A stretch of 64,000 nt of DNA from Eledone cirrhosa (GCA_964016885.1 OZ024742.1:179614001-179678000); one strand, 5' to 3'; numbered from the stretch's first letter, positions 38,027 through 52,480 are shown. Translations and numbers: made by a program. The notes: generated from the letters alone by a model not told the origin.

Positions 38027-38365
38027 CTAGGGCATTGAAAATTTGAAATAACTTTTGCTCAAAACACTCACAGGACCATAAGTATTACATGTCTAAAGTT
38101 TGAAAACAATCGGTTGGATGGTTCTCAAGTTTTAGTGAGCTGACAGACAGACATTCTCTGTTTTAGATATATAGACTAGCAGAAAACCACTCGTTAGGCT
38201 GTTTTCTGCTAGTCTATATATCTAAAATAGAGAATGTCTGTCTGTCTGTCAGCTCACTAAAACTTGAGAACCATCCAACCGATTGTTTTCAAACTTTAGA
38301 CAGGTAATACTTATGGTCCTGTGAGTGTTTTGAGCAAAAATTATTTCAAATTTTCAATGCCCTAG
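38027..38365. repeat. Palindrome (~160-bp arms) of Helitron termini
   Basis: 38027-38187 mirrors 38201-38365; both strands read gttttctgCTAG|TCtatatatctaaaa. Confidence 0.88.
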
Positions 38366-41300
38366 TCGTACGAAAAAGTGACCAGGGTAGAGAGATGGAA
38401 TGTCCTGTTCAAGCGGTAAAGTTAGACTACCTCCTAATCACGACACTCCAGAGACATTGCAACTCCTTTTGACAGACACGACGGAGGAAACATCTAAGTT
38501 TCTGCGTAAGATCCGCCGCTACAATTCCGCGTTTCAGATGACATCCTTCGGAGCAAAGCTTACCTCAGAACGTGGGTTCATGCCAACTTTCAAGGTCCTC
38601 TGGCAGAAAAGGATCCTCAGTTTCTTCAGTTATACTTTGTTGTTGGAAACTACCAGGAGCAGGCAGAGATGCGAAACTCTATTTCGTCCGAAACTAACAT
38701 TGAAACCATAATATAACTTCAAGAAATGCTTCATGACAAAAACAGCTATGTTCACAGTTTCAAGTACGCTTTGGAAACGGCCACGAACCCAAACTTTAGT
38801 GTGGTCATACATGTTGACCGAAGAATACGCTGGTCGGTTAAACGCACCAACATGTAATGAGATTGCTGCGATTATTTGTGGTGAACAGCACAACAAGAGA
38901 GATATCATTCTAAAGCACAGAGACAGCACATTACAGCGTATCAATGAGACACACAGGTCCTACGATGCACTCCAGTATCCATTGCTATTTGTCAACGGCG
39001 AGGACAGATACCATTTCGGCATTCCTCAAAATTCAGCAGGAAATGGTGAGGCACATCTTAGCAAAACTGTCACCAGCATGGATTTCTACGCTTTCCGATT
39101 TATGGTAAGGACAATTCATTCAGCCATCTACACCGGATCCTCAGTTTCTTCAGTTATACTTCGTTGGAAACTATCAATTCATTCAACCATCTACACCATT
39201 CTCGGGACCTTTTCCAACAATTTTCTGTTGATATGGCCGTTAAAATGGAGTCCGAGAGATTATAGTTTATTAAATTAAATCAAAAGAAACTTCGATCTAA
39301 ATACATTCATTTACGCAATGGAATTAACAACGACGTATCCCCAGACAATTTAGGGCAAGCGTGCATTTTGCCTTCAACGTTCACAGAAGGGACCCGATAC
39401 ATGCACGAGAGGACTCAGGACGCCATGACTTACGTACGACATTATGGGCGCCTCGACCTTTTCATAAGGTTTTCATGCAATCTCAAGTGGAAGGAGATTA
39501 CAAACGAACTGTTCCAGGGTCAAGCGCCAAGACACAGGCACGATCTCATAGCAAGAGTGTTTCGCCTGAAATTATACGAATTAATGGATTTATTAAAGAA
39601 AGGACAGGTTTTTGGGACTGTCAGGTGCGACATGTACACGGTTGAATGGCAGAAACGAAGGCTGTCGCATGCCCATATCTTGATTTGGTTGGTTACAAAA
39701 ATCAATTCAAACTACATCTACAAATTAATTTCTGCCGAACTATCTGATCCGTCGATTGACAAGGACCTCTTCTCTTTAGTCACATCAAACATGGTCCATG
39801 GTCCTTGCGGACATGAACTCAATATGAAGTCCCCGTGCATACACGACGGAAAGTGTACAAAACGATATCCCAGGCCGTTTTTACAGGAAACACAGACTGG
39901 CGGTGATGGATATCCGTTGTATAGGCGCAGGAGACCTGAAGACGGTGGGTTCACAGCAAAAGTTGGCGAACGCGAAATCAACAACAGCTGGATAGTGCCA
40001 TATTGCCCCCTCCTCTTGAAAGCGTTCAACGCCCATATAAACGTCGAAATCAATAAACTCAGTAAACGTCGAAATCAATTAACTCAGTAAAATCAATTAA
40101 ATACGTTTGTAAGTACGTAAACAAGGGATCGGATGCTGCCATCTTTGGTTTTCGTCATGAAAACAGTAGAGACGAGGTATCTGACTACCAAGCAGGCCGA
40201 TACATTAGCAGCAATGAAGCCTTTTGTCGCATTTTTGGCTTCCCACTGCACCAACGACACCCCGTCATTAAACAACTTGCCGTTCACCTTGGAAATGGTC
40301 AACGGGTGTATTTCAACGATACAACAGCTGCTCAGCTAGCGATCTCACCACAGGAAACTACACTCACCGCTTTTTTCAAACGTTTTCAACACGACGACTT
40401 CGCTCGAACTCTGCTGTATTCTGAAATACTGTCTTACTATAGATGGAACCGGACAAAATGGCTACGAAGGAAGGTAGGGCAAGAGGACATCCAGGCATCA
40501 AATTCGACAATTGCCTTGGGCGAGTTTATACGGTCCACCCTACCCAACATGAATGCTTCTACCTGCGCTTCTGCTTCATGAGGTAAGAGGGCCGACCAGC
40601 TTCACTCATCTGAGAACCGTCGATGAATACGCCTGCGGAATGTACAGGGAAGCATGCTTGAGGTGTGGGTTTTTAGAAGATGACGCACAATGGGATGCAA
40701 CCTTGACGGAAGCTGCCATCTTACAATCATCCCGTAGTCTAAGGGCACTTTTAGCTATCCTCTTGCACGTCTGTGAATTGAGCGATCCTTACTCTTTATG
40801 GCAAAAGTTTAAAGATGATTTCGCAGAAGAATATAGGCGTCTCGCTCAATTGCAATCTGCAAACTTAGATATCGGCTTTTCAGACGCTATATATTACAGA
40901 GCTCTGATCGATATTGAAGACAGAGTGGCTTCAATGGGCGGAGATGTCTTGGAGAAATATGGAGAAATATGGGCTTCCGCAAACACTTCGAGATGCGCCA
41001 TCTGAACCAAAACTTCTAATGGATCAAAACAAGCCGACAACATTGTCATTGATTCCATCCGTAATCAGAGAGGGGACATATTCTTCCTGGATGCACGGGC
41101 AAAACATTTGTAATCAAACTTTTATTCACTGCAGTGAGGCAACACGGAAACATCGCATTGGCCGTGGCTTCCTCCGGCATTGCAGCAACTTTGCTGCCTG
41201 GTGGCAGGACGGCCCATTGTGCCTTCAGTCTTCCTCTCAACGTGGCATCACCTGAGACACCCATGTGCAACATCAGCAAGTCTTCCGGAAAAGCACTGGT

Positions 41301-43205
41301 GTTAAAGCGCTGCCTACTAATTGTTTGGGACGAATGCACAATGGCCCACAAGGCCGCTTTCGAGGCATTAGACCGGTCACTCAGAGACATCAGGGACTGT
41401 CAAGAACCAATGAGAGGTGTCACTTTCCTGTTATCTGGGGACTTCCGACAGACTCTGCCTGTAATCCCAAAAGGTACGCGGGCTGATGAGGCCTTAGGGC
41501 CTCCCCACTTTGGCATTATGTAAGAAAGCTGACACTTACAACAAACATGACAGCACAACAGCAAGGTGATGAGACATCAGCGAGTTTTGCTGCTGCCATT
41601 TTGTCGTTGGGAGATGGCAAAGTCCCACTCGACGGAGATGGTGCAGCGGACATCACAGGGATTTGCATATGCGTTAAATCAATTGCTGAGTTACGGACGT
41701 CTGTTTTTTCTAATCTTGAAGAGAACTACACAAATCAAGAGTGGTTGTGTGAACGCGCAATATTGGCTTCGAAAAAACCACATAGTTGGAAACATCAATG
41801 AACAGCTCATGCTGTGCTTGCCTGGAAACCTGCACGTCTACAAGTCCCTTGACTCTATGGCTGATCCGGACGAAGTTGTTAATTACCCCACAGAATTTCT
41901 TAACTCCCTAGACCTTCCTGGATTGCCACCGCACTTACTGCGACTTAAGAAAGGTGACCCTGTCATGCTCCTCAGAAATTTGGAACTCCGAAGGCTTTCC
42001 AACAGCACGCGTCTGGTCGTCGAAAAGGCGATGCCTCATAATATTGAGGCAACAATACTTACAGGATGTGGTAAGGGGGATACTGTCTTCATATCAAGGA
42101 TACCTCTCATTCCATCCGGTAAAGACATTCCTTTCACATTCAGAAAGCTGCAATTCCCTCTCCGGCTCAGTTTCGCCATGTCGATTAACAAATCACAGGG
42201 TCAGACGTTGACGGTCGTAGGGCTTAATTTAGAAGAACCATGCTTCTCCCATGGTCAACTATATGCTGGTTGCTCTCGAGTGGGGAGCCGACGTAACATA
42301 TTTGCTTTTGCAACTCGCGAGAAAACCCAAAATATAGTCTATAAGGAAGTATTGTAGGTACCCCATCCGCCAACAAGTAATCGCTGTTTTTTATTTTTAT
42401 TTGTATAAGTGCTTACATTTGCTGTATCTGTGTGCTATTTTGGTCCTTTTGACAATACCACGTACGCCTCGAGGTTGCTTTTGCTATACTTTATAAATGT
42501 TCAATATCTCCGTTTTCTGCATTTATATGTTGCTATTACGCTTTGCTATCGATGTTCCGTAGTTTTAACCTAATTAATCTACTTTTCCCTACATCTTATT
42601 TACACATTTTTGTGACATTCCAGCGTCATCTCGGCAAGGCCGTTTTTGTGTCCACCGACTGTTACATGCTTTTCTAGGTTACAATCTCAAATAACAAGCA
42701 AAGCAAATACGACACACCAAAGTGGTGTGAACGACTTCTTAAGGGACTTCTAATCGGAGTCGTCTTTGCTGACAGCTCTGCCGCTGGAACTTTTAAGAGT
42801 GAACGGGCCACCAAGTTTAAATAGTTACCATCGAATTCAGCTTTGCTGGCAGCACCGCCGCAGAGATATTTCAAAGTGAACGTTAAAAGGTCCTCTTCAA
42901 TGCCACCAACTATAAATTGTTATCGCTTGATTCGTCTTTGCTGGCAGCACCGCCGCTAAGGCTTTTAAGAGTGAACGATCCAAGGCTCTCTTTAGGGCCA
43001 CCAACTTTAAATTGTTACCATCGGATTCGTCTTTGCTGGCAGCATCGCCGCAGAGATATTTCAAAGTGAACGCTCAAAGGCCCTCTTTAGGGCCAACACC
43101 TATAAATTGTTACTTCTATAGACGTGTTTAACGGAAATCTTTCGGTTCATTTGAATGACTACTCCATTGAGGTTTATACCGGGCAACGCCGGGTACCTCT
43201 GCTAG
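38213..43205 (+). mobile_element. Helitron 2 (decayed autonomous type)
   Basis: 5' TCtatatatctaaaa; Rep-helicase fragments 38400-42357 (YNSAFQMTSFGA, YDALQYPLLF, VEWQKRRLSHAHIL, ASSGIAATLL, GDFRQTLP, FAMSINKSQGQ); ~80-bp tandem repeats at 42755-43110; 3' ccgggcaacgccgggtacctctgCTAG-t. Confidence 0.93.
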
Positions 43206-43449
43206 TATTGGATAAAACTATGCCCAGTATTGATACAATGTTTGTTTAAATCATTTTACTCTACTTTAAAAGAGACTCTGATAAAGTAGACCATAAGTGT
43301 AAACATTTTGGAAGGAATCTTAAAGAGAGATGGTAATTATAGGTAAAGTTTCCGTCCACCTATGGCTGAGTGGTTATGAAGTTTGCTATGCAATCATGAG
43401 ATCCTTGGTTCAATTCCACCATCATGGGAAAATATCATGGGCAAATATC

Positions 43450-44175
43450 TTTATCATATCTTCAGATCAAGCATAGGGAGAGAAATTAGCGATTTAAGAT
43501 CAGCTCTCATCACACCCAGCCAGGCCTTCCTTGGTCTTCCTCTACTGTGGTTTCCTTCCACTGGGATTTCTTGGCAGTTCAACAGACAGCAATCATCATC
43601 AATACACATCACAAGTCCATACCAATGCAGTCTTCTCTCTTGCATGTTAATACTGAGTCATCTTAAATCCAGTTTTTCTCTCAGTTCATCTAAGCTCTGC
43701 TTTTCTCTCACATTAACACTGCACATCGATCGAATTATACTTGCTTCATTTGTCTCCAATTTAAACATATCCGCTTCATTAACTATCCATGTTTAACTGC
43801 ATTGCAGCATCGTAATCATTTTACAACCATCCGTTTGTTCGTTGGGAGAAACGTTTTGTTGTCAATAGAGGGAGTAGCTCTCTTAAACTTATTCCAGCTA
43901 TTATGCTCTCAAAGCACCGACCTCTGTTGTTAACTAGATCACCTAGGTAGCAAGCATTATCAACCACTTCTATGGATCCTTCATCTGACTGGAACATGTT
44001 TATATCATTATTGATTACCTGTGTTCATGTATTACGTATGAAATCTTCCTTTCCTATTAGTTTCCCTGTTATCCCACTACACCTCTTGTATACCCAAGAT
44101 TAGCACTGTGTACATCATATAAAGTTTCTATTTACACCTTTTTTTCATATTGAGCAGGGTCATTTCCCCGATGGG
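43450..44175 (-). mobile_element. RTE LINE fragment
   Basis: QERRLHWYGLVM..RGRPRKAW; upstream similarity to 51290-51800. Confidence 0.8.
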
Positions 44176-44943
44176 ATCAGGGTTCTGGCTTCATTCCTAC
44201 TTATTAACATTTTATTTTTTTCTAAATTTACTTTCATTCCATTTGATTGTAAATTCTGTTTCCAGAGTCAGAACCTATTCTAAAGCTCTTATGTGGATTC
44301 AGCTATCAGAACCAGATACTCTTCATAAAGAAGTTCCCATGGATAGCTAGTTTTAATCCTTTAGTTACCAATCCAGCCAAAACCGACTCTGGTCCTATGA
44401 AATAGATCACTCATTTTAAAGGTTTCCAATTTAAATTAAAATCTTCCAAAATAATGTTTTTCTAAGAACCTTACATTAATTTAAAATCTTAGTATTGAAA
44501 TAATTAATAATTTTAGTAAATCCCTCAAAATTCTTCATTAATTGATTAAAATAGAGTGTATTTCATTAGAAAAGCGATCACAAAAGGATTAAACTCCTCA
44601 GTTATAGCCAGAACATTTCTTCAAATCACTTTATTGTATTTTTCAAAGGAATACTAGATAACACTATGTCCAGTGTTAGAACAAAATTATGTTAGATCAT
44701 TTAACTCTACTTTCAAAGTGGCAGTGGAGTAGGTAATGGTATGTTTAGTTTTAATATAATATTTCTTTAAATCTTGGATAATAGTGTACTCCATATTGAA
44801 ATAGCATTTTTTCAGCTTACTTTCCTCTGTGGTTATATTTAACCATAAAACATGCTAGATATATCAGCAGCTCTGTGCTCATATCTAACTATATGACATG
44901 CTTGATGTGTCACTAACTCCTAGCATTTTCTTTTAAAACTAAT

Positions 44944-45350
44944 TCTTCTTCTTCTTCTTGGAAATGTCGTTGGGGCAGAATCCTCAGATACGCCACTTAA
45001 CGGGCCCTGTTTGCAGTAACCACCTCCGGCAGGATCCCCAGGTGGTATCAGTTAAGCTCATGGATGTTATTCAAACATCTTGCTCGGGGTCTACCCCTGG
45101 TTTCTTGCCAGTTGGTTTTGTCTGTAAAATCTGTCCAGCAATTCTTTTTTGAGACATTCTAACCACATGCCCATAGTATTGGAACTGTGATCTCTCAATT
45201 CAGAGAAGTAGCAGCTCTACCTGGTGTGACTCTGATCTCCGAGCTATGCACTTTATCGAGTAACGTTACTCCAAAGACCATTTGGAGGAATCCCATTTCA
45301 GCTGTTTGTATTCGTGATTGTATTCTTTCGGTCATTTCCCAAGATTTATG
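44944..45350 (-). mobile_element. RTE-type LINE 3' fragment
   Basis: RIQSRIQTAEMGFL..GVTLLDKVHSSEIR; (GAA)n tail at 44944-44959. Confidence 0.75.
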
Positions 45351-47444
45351 TAAGGGTTGGTACGAAAACTGAATTGAAAATAACAAGTTTGGCTTTTACG
45401 CCTACTTCCCTTTCTTCTGATTACTGAATACAAAATGGTTTGAAAATCAATTAAATTATTTATCATTTGTTTTCAATCTACAGGTAAATATATATGTTTA
45501 CATGTCGATATACTAAAAATATGTAAATTTATACATTCATTTATGTAGTCTTGGTTAACCATTGCACTGTATACCACAGATATAAATTTATTGTATACTT
45601 TGACTGCTTAGAACACAACTTAATGTGTATGAAAATTAACTACCATCATGCTAACAATATGCAAATTAATATATTTATTTCAGTGATACTACAATACATG
45701 ATAGGGTGCATAAGCCCCTCAGTTAAGAATTTCCTTGTCATTGCTTAGTGGATATACATATCTCTCAGAGGTAACCCCAAAAGTTTCAAAAGTGAATTGA
45801 AGATATTTATAAGTTTTTTCTTAAATTAACTGGGAAATACGTGAATCTGGTATTGTTACACGTCTAGACACTCAATGTATAAATTTATATACACACATTT
45901 AAATCTATTCTGTATGTATACAAATATGAATTTAAACATAATTACATTTGTGAAAATATAATTATCAATATTAAAATAAGAATTAAAAATATAATACTCA
46001 TATTCTAATAACTGTTTTTATTTTAAATAGCATTAGAATAAATATAATACTATGTCTTTTCTTTGCCCATTTATTCCTGGGAGGTTGTGAAGGCAGAATC
46101 CTCAGACAAACCTTCTAATGGGTCATTTAATCAACAAACACTTAGTTTTGAAAGCAAATATTCCAGATTTCTACCAAAAAGTCAAACTTAAGGACCTAAA
46201 ATATTACACACAACATTAAGGCCCCAGATTCTTTAATCCTGTACCAGTCTAATACTAGGGCTGGTTTTTTCTTCTGCATCTCTTCTCACTTCCTTCCTCT
46301 CACTCTCACTCTCTATTCTTCTCTGAAAGAAATCTGAGGTATTCAAACCTGGAGAGGAAATTGGCTCTACTATTTTTTTTTAAATTGCCCTAAAAATTGC
46401 CCTAAAAATGCTGTATATCAATATGGCACACCTACAACTCCTTCACGAGTCATGGAGCCATACCATACCAGTCTAATATATAAATGATCAGACTGAGAAA
46501 TCATGCATCGTTCTAACTGTACTGAATCAAAACCCAAGAATGTGAAACTATGATACTTCAGATGTATCATCATCATCATTTTTACGTCTGCTTTTCCCTG
46601 CTTGCAAGGGTGGGACAGGAACTGATTCTGGCTTGATTTCTACAGCTGGATGCCCTTCCTAACACCAACCTCATTTACAGTGAGTGATGGGTGCTTTTTT
46701 TCTGTGGGGCCTACATATCCACTTCACAGTGAGTGCTGTGTGCTTTTTTTACGTGGCGCCTACACGTCCACTTTACAGTGTGGGCTGGGTGATTTTTTTG
46801 CTGTGGCACCTCCACGACCACTTTACAGTGGAATGATAGGGACCCCAGTCCAATCATCTCATTTCTACAGCTGAGTAAACTGGAGCAATGGGAAATAAAG
46901 TGTCTTGCTCAAGGAAACAACACATCACCTGGTCTGAGAATTGAACTGTATATTATTTGTATATTATTTGTAACATTTTCTTTTTCTTGTTTAATGGTTT
47001 AGTTTGGAAGAAAGGCTGGTCTTCATCACCTTTGATGGCCAATATCCATCACCTTTGTGGGCTATTATCCAACACATTTGAGGGCCAGTATCCATTACCT
47101 TTGAAAGCCATTATCCACCACCTTTAAGGGCCAGAGCCAATTATCTTTGAGGGCGGTGTCCATCACCATTGAAGGCCCTCCAAAACTAACGAGAATGACA
47201 CTTGATATTATTCTTGAACAATTACAATTTAGAAAAAATTAAACTTAACACTAAAAGTTAATGAATCTTTATTAAATTATTGAACCCATGCTGCTCAAAA
47301 AGATAGGTAGATATGTATTGAGGTAATTCGACTAGCAGTTACTGTATATGAATCTTGGTAACCAATGTATGATTCCATATCACTATTGATTTATACACCT
47401 GTTATGTTGAAGAAGAATATAGTTTGTGAAATAATTTTACTTAC

Positions 47445-47778
47445 CTTCATGTACTGTATAATAAGTCTGGTATGTTGTTGATGGCATTACAGTAATGTTG
47501 TCTTGCCAGGCATGAAATATCTCACAGGTTTTATTATAGTAATTAAAATAACTGCAATATGGATGACTAATGCAATGCTGAGCACATTCAAACTTAACAT
47601 TAACAATTATTACAGGATATGTTCGTGGTGATCTTTTATTATATTTAATAGCCTTTCCTTTCAGTAGATGGAAATAGGAACCAGTGTTGGTATTAGGATT
47701 AGGTGATATATGCAAAGTGTAAAACTGAAGTATTAATAAAATCAATTGTATATGTTGCCAACATTTCTTCGACATCAT
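47445..47778 (-). CDS. Host gene coding exon 1: signal peptide + PAN/apple-like domain
   Basis: Acceptor tcttttcag 5 nt before the ATG; hydrophobic IQLILLILQFY; ECAQHCISHPYCSYFNYYNKTCEIF; donor G|gtaagt (phase 1). Confidence 0.8.
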
Positions 47779-47967
47779 TGTATCTGAAAAGAAGATTTTT
47801 CACTTGGTTTAGAAATAAAGCAACAATATTTTATAGAGGAGTGATATTTTCACCCAAATCGATTCTAATGCATTGTTAGTATTAATTTTATCCACCCCAA
47901 AGTGATGAAAAATTAATTTGACTATGGTGGGATTTGAACTCTGAATGAAGAGAGATGCAACTGAATA

Positions 47968-48460
47968 TCATCATTATCATCATCATCACCGTTTTACGTC
48001 CATTCTTCCATGCTAGCATGGGTTAGACGGGTTGTTCTGTTGTGGGCAACGCAAGGTCAGGTGACCATGTCTTGCTCATACGGGAACTGATTTTGGCTTG
48101 ATTTCTACAGCTGGATTCCCTTCCTAACACCAACCTCATTTACAGTGAGTACTGGGTGCTTTTTTACTGTGGTGCCTACACAACCACTTTACAGTGTGAA
48201 CTGGGTGCTTTTTTGTCATGACACCTCCACGACCACTTTGCAGTGGGAGGGTGTGGGGGCATATTGTCGATATGCTTCAGCTTCGGCTTGTACCCATGTG
48301 AAGACGAGTCTTCTGTATTATTGCGTAACACCAGACGTCTCGGTCCTATGTCAGCTTTTGTCATCTCATCCCAGGTCTTCTTGGCTCTCCCCACTCTAAG
48401 GCTTCCATTGACTTTTTGTGATCTGCACCTTTTTATGCAGCTGTCATCCTTCATACGCCT
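47968..48460 (-). mobile_element. RTE 3' end
   Basis: MKDDSCIKRCR..VGRAKKTWD; 3' UTR with cactttacagtg repeats and a (GAT)n tail; similar pieces at 46566-46830 and 49380-49975. Confidence 0.8.
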
Positions 48461-48726
48461 ATGCTATATTTATTTCTGTACTCAATACATGGGTAAGTAT
48501 AAAAACATATTGAGTCATGAGGACATCACTGACATAATTTATCATCATCTAATGTATATGAAACAATATATTAGTAAATTAAAATAAAAGATTTAACTAT
48601 AAATTTGAATAAATAAAATAGTCTTATATTAATGGAAAAAGAGGTGAACCTACACTACTTGTTTGCTGGACAGGTGCTAACTAACTTACAAATCTTAGTT
48701 ATAATATTATAATATTATAAAGAATA

Positions 48727-49201
48727 TCTATATATATAAAACTGAGGATGTGTGTGTGTGTGTGTGTGTCTCTGTGAGTTTGAATCCCTAAAACTCGACA
48801 AGTACCTAACCAATTTTTTTCAAACTTTTCATGTGTATTACTTATGTCTCAGAAAATTCAACTGTTTTATGGCCTAGGGCCCACATTAGATGAAAAAGTT
48901 CATTTTTCAGTTTTTTGGGGCTTTTTTAAGCCATTACGTCTAGGCGATTTTCCCGAAATTTCAAGGCATATTATGCACATTAAAAAAATTCATTTTCTTG
49001 ATCCCCTAGGGCCCGCATTAGGTGAAAACCTGCATTTTTCCTGCTTCATCGAAGAAAATTTTAAAGATTATCCAGCCATCAGAGTATTTGGTTTATTTTC
49101 TTTATATATTGTCCAGGCATGCAGTTTTTCCACGATTAGGTCTGTAGGCGGCCTGCATTCCAAAATACCTTATCTCGTGCAATGCCGGGTACCACTGCTA
49201 G
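48727..49201 (+). mobile_element. Non-autonomous Helitron
   Basis: a|TCtatatatataaaactg ... ctcgtgcaatgccgggtaccactgCTAG|t. Confidence 0.85.
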
Positions 49202-50819
49202 TAATATTATAAAGAAGAGGAATTTAATAAAGATGACACACATGGAAATATCATTAATATGAAGCTTACTCACTATAATGTTGTGAACTTCTTTTTATTT
49301 CAGTTCACCAGCATTGTTTATCTTCAGACTTGATATAGTCCCAATATAAAATATTGATATTCTAATTATGAATATATATATCATCACCATCACCGTTTTA
49401 CCCCCATTCTTCCACACCATCATGGGTTAGACAAGTTGTCCTGTTATGAGCAATGCTAGGTCAGGAGACCATGCCTTGCTTATACAGAACTGATTTTGGC
49501 TTGATTTCTACAGCTGGATGTCCTTCCTAATGCCAACCTCATTTACAATGAGTACTGGGTGCCTTTTGTTGTGACACCTATACGATCACTTTACAGTGTG
49601 GACTGGGTGCTTTTTTTCATGATACCTCCACAACCACTTTACAGTGTGGGCTGGGTGTTTTTCGTCGTCATACTTACACGACCCCTATACAGAGGAAGGG
49701 TGGGGCAGGGCATAGTATATATATATATACTTCAGCTTCAGCCTGGGCCCATGAGAAGTCGGGTTTCCTGTATTACTGCATAACACCAAAGATCTTGGTC
49801 CTTTGAGAGGTGCAATTGAGCAAGGTCCGCTTTTATCACCTCATACCAAGTCTTCCTGGGTCATTCCACTCCAAGGCTTCCATTGACTTTGAGCGCTCTG
49901 CACCTTTTTAGGCAGCTGTCTTCCTTCAAATGCATCACATGTCCATGCCAACATAATATCCTGTCTTGCATACAACATTTGATTCCTCTTATGTCTAGTT
50001 TTCATAATTATTTTGTTGCAATATAACAGAAATATTAATGTTATGTTTTCTTCTTCAATGCAGATACACATTATTATTTATATTTTTTGAAATAATTGTT
50101 TATTTAACATCTTGAAAATCAATGTAAGTAATAAACATAGAAATGAAAAGAAATCCAAGAAAAATATGATTTGAAATTTATAAATGAAAATATGCTAAAT
50201 TTGTGAGATTGTTTTTTTTGTTTTTGTTTTTTCTTGCCCATTTTAAATTAAAAAACCAACACAATTTTATATCAGAACGGTTTGTTAATTTACTGCCTAA
50301 GTAATGAAGTAATGATTTTAGGAAAGTCCTCAAAGTTCTTCATTAATTAATTGAAACAGACTGTATTTCGTTAGAAATATCACAAAAGCTTTAAATTTAA
50401 ACAATATATATATATTTTGAAAGTTTAGTAGCAGTGAATTTATATTAACTGTAATGAATAACAGTGAATTCAATTTGATCAGTGATCAGAACTTCTAAAT
50501 GAATAAATAATTTATAATACAAACTAAAAAAAATGCATTAGTGGACAATAAGAATTACATCACACAATACACTTTTTAGAAATGAACGATATTTCAGTTT
50601 CAGATTTTATGATTGAGACAAGGTAAAAGCAATCAGTTGAATAAACAATATTTCTCATGATCTGACATAATTCCAATTTCAAACTTTGATAGTAAAATAT
50701 CTTTAAAAATAAATGTTTTATCTGTAGTCACATTGCAATTGGTGAAGCAAAACCAGCTACATAATCTTATGACTTATTCTTTTAAAACTGGATTCAATAA
50801 ATATATCATCATAAATATA

Positions 50820-52480
50820 TCAACTACAGGAGAAGTACCTAGCTAAAAGTAAACCCCTATACTTAACTTTTGTTAACTTGGAGAAAGCCTTTGACAGAGT
50901 ACCCCGCTCGATTATCTGGTGGGCCCTCTGTTGATGAATGGCTTGTGAGAGCTATACAAGCCATGTATAAAGAAACAGTCAGCAAGGTTAGAATTAACAA
51001 CGAATATAGTGAAGAGTTTAGCGTAAAAGTTGGTGTTCATCAGGGCTCCGTTCTTAGCCCCCTACTATTTATTATTGGCCTTCAGGCTATAACAGAGGAG
51101 TTCAAGACTGGCTGCCCATGGGAACTCCTATATGCAGATGATCTAACGCTCATAGATGAATCAATGGCTGAACTAGAGAAGAAATTCCAAACATGGAAGC
51201 ATGGCCTAGAATCAAAAGGCCTTAAAGTTAACTTGTCTAAGACTAAAGTTCTAGTTTGTAGGAAGGAAAATAGGGCACCGGTCCCATCTGGGAAATGGCC
51301 ATGCTCAGTGTGTAGGAAAGGAGTAGGTAGAAACTCCATTTTATATCCCAAATGCAAAGTATGGGTACATAAAAGATGTAGTGGGATCACAGGTAAGCTA
51401 ACTAAGAATATAGATTTTATATGTGGCCGGTGCTCTGGTGCAATAAGTAGCAGCAAGTGCCCACACAATACTAACTCATTCCATTGCACAGATGGTTCTA
51501 TAGAAATAGTGGACAACTTCCGTTACCTGGGTGATAAAATCAGCAGTGGGGGAGGGTGCTCTGAAAGTACAGTAGCTAGAGTCAGAACGGGATGGAAAAA
51601 GTTCAGAGAGCTTATACCACTATTGGCCGCTAAAGGGTTCTCTCTAAAAATGAAAGGCAGGCTGTATGATGCCTGCATACGAACAGCAATGTTACATGGC
51701 AGTGACACCTGGGCTTTGTGTGCAGAGGATATACGCAGACTGGAGAGAAACAAAGTTTGCATGCTCCGCTGGATGTGTAATAGTAATATACGTGAATGGC
51801 AAAGCATAAACGTACTAAGGGAGAAATTAGAAATAAGAGGGATCAGATGTTGTTTACTCGAGAGAAGACTACGTTGGTATGATCACGTGATGCGCATGAA
51901 AGACGACAGCTGTATAAAAAAGTGCAGGGCAATAAAAATAGACGGTAGCCACGGAGTAGGCAGACCTAGAAAAACCTGGGACGACTTGATAAATTCCGAC
52001 CTCACACACTTACACCTCTCCAAGACAATGTCACTGGACCGAGATCTTTGGTGCTACACAGTAATAGAGAAGACCCGCCTTACCTAAGTACAAAGTGAAA
52101 CCTACTACAGTCAGTAAGCACCTCTAACAAACTACACCCCATCCCACTACCCCCACCCCATCCACACCACCCCTTTCAATGTAAAGTTATGTTGGTGTCA
52201 CAACATCCAGCCCGAAACAAATGAGGTCGTGTAGGTGTCACAACGAAAAAACACACAGTCCACGCTGTAATGTGGCCGTGTAGGTAACACGGTAAAAACC
52301 TCCCAGTTCCACACTGTAAATGTGGTTGGTGTTAGGAAGGGCATCCAGCTGTAGAAAACCCGCCAGACAGTCCTATGCGAGCAAGACAACCACTCTTGCC
52401 TCAAGTGGGAAAACTCCCGTCCAAACCCATGCAAGCGTGGAAGATGGACGTTAAACGATGATGATGATGATGATGATGAT
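50820..52480 (+). mobile_element. RTE LINE, 5'-truncated (RT with PHD-like insert)
   Basis: FVNLEKAFDRVP, VGVHQGSVLSPLLF, LLYADDL, WPCSVC..CKVWVHKRCSGI..FICGRC, FRYLG, RRLRWY; (GAT)n tail. Confidence 0.92.
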
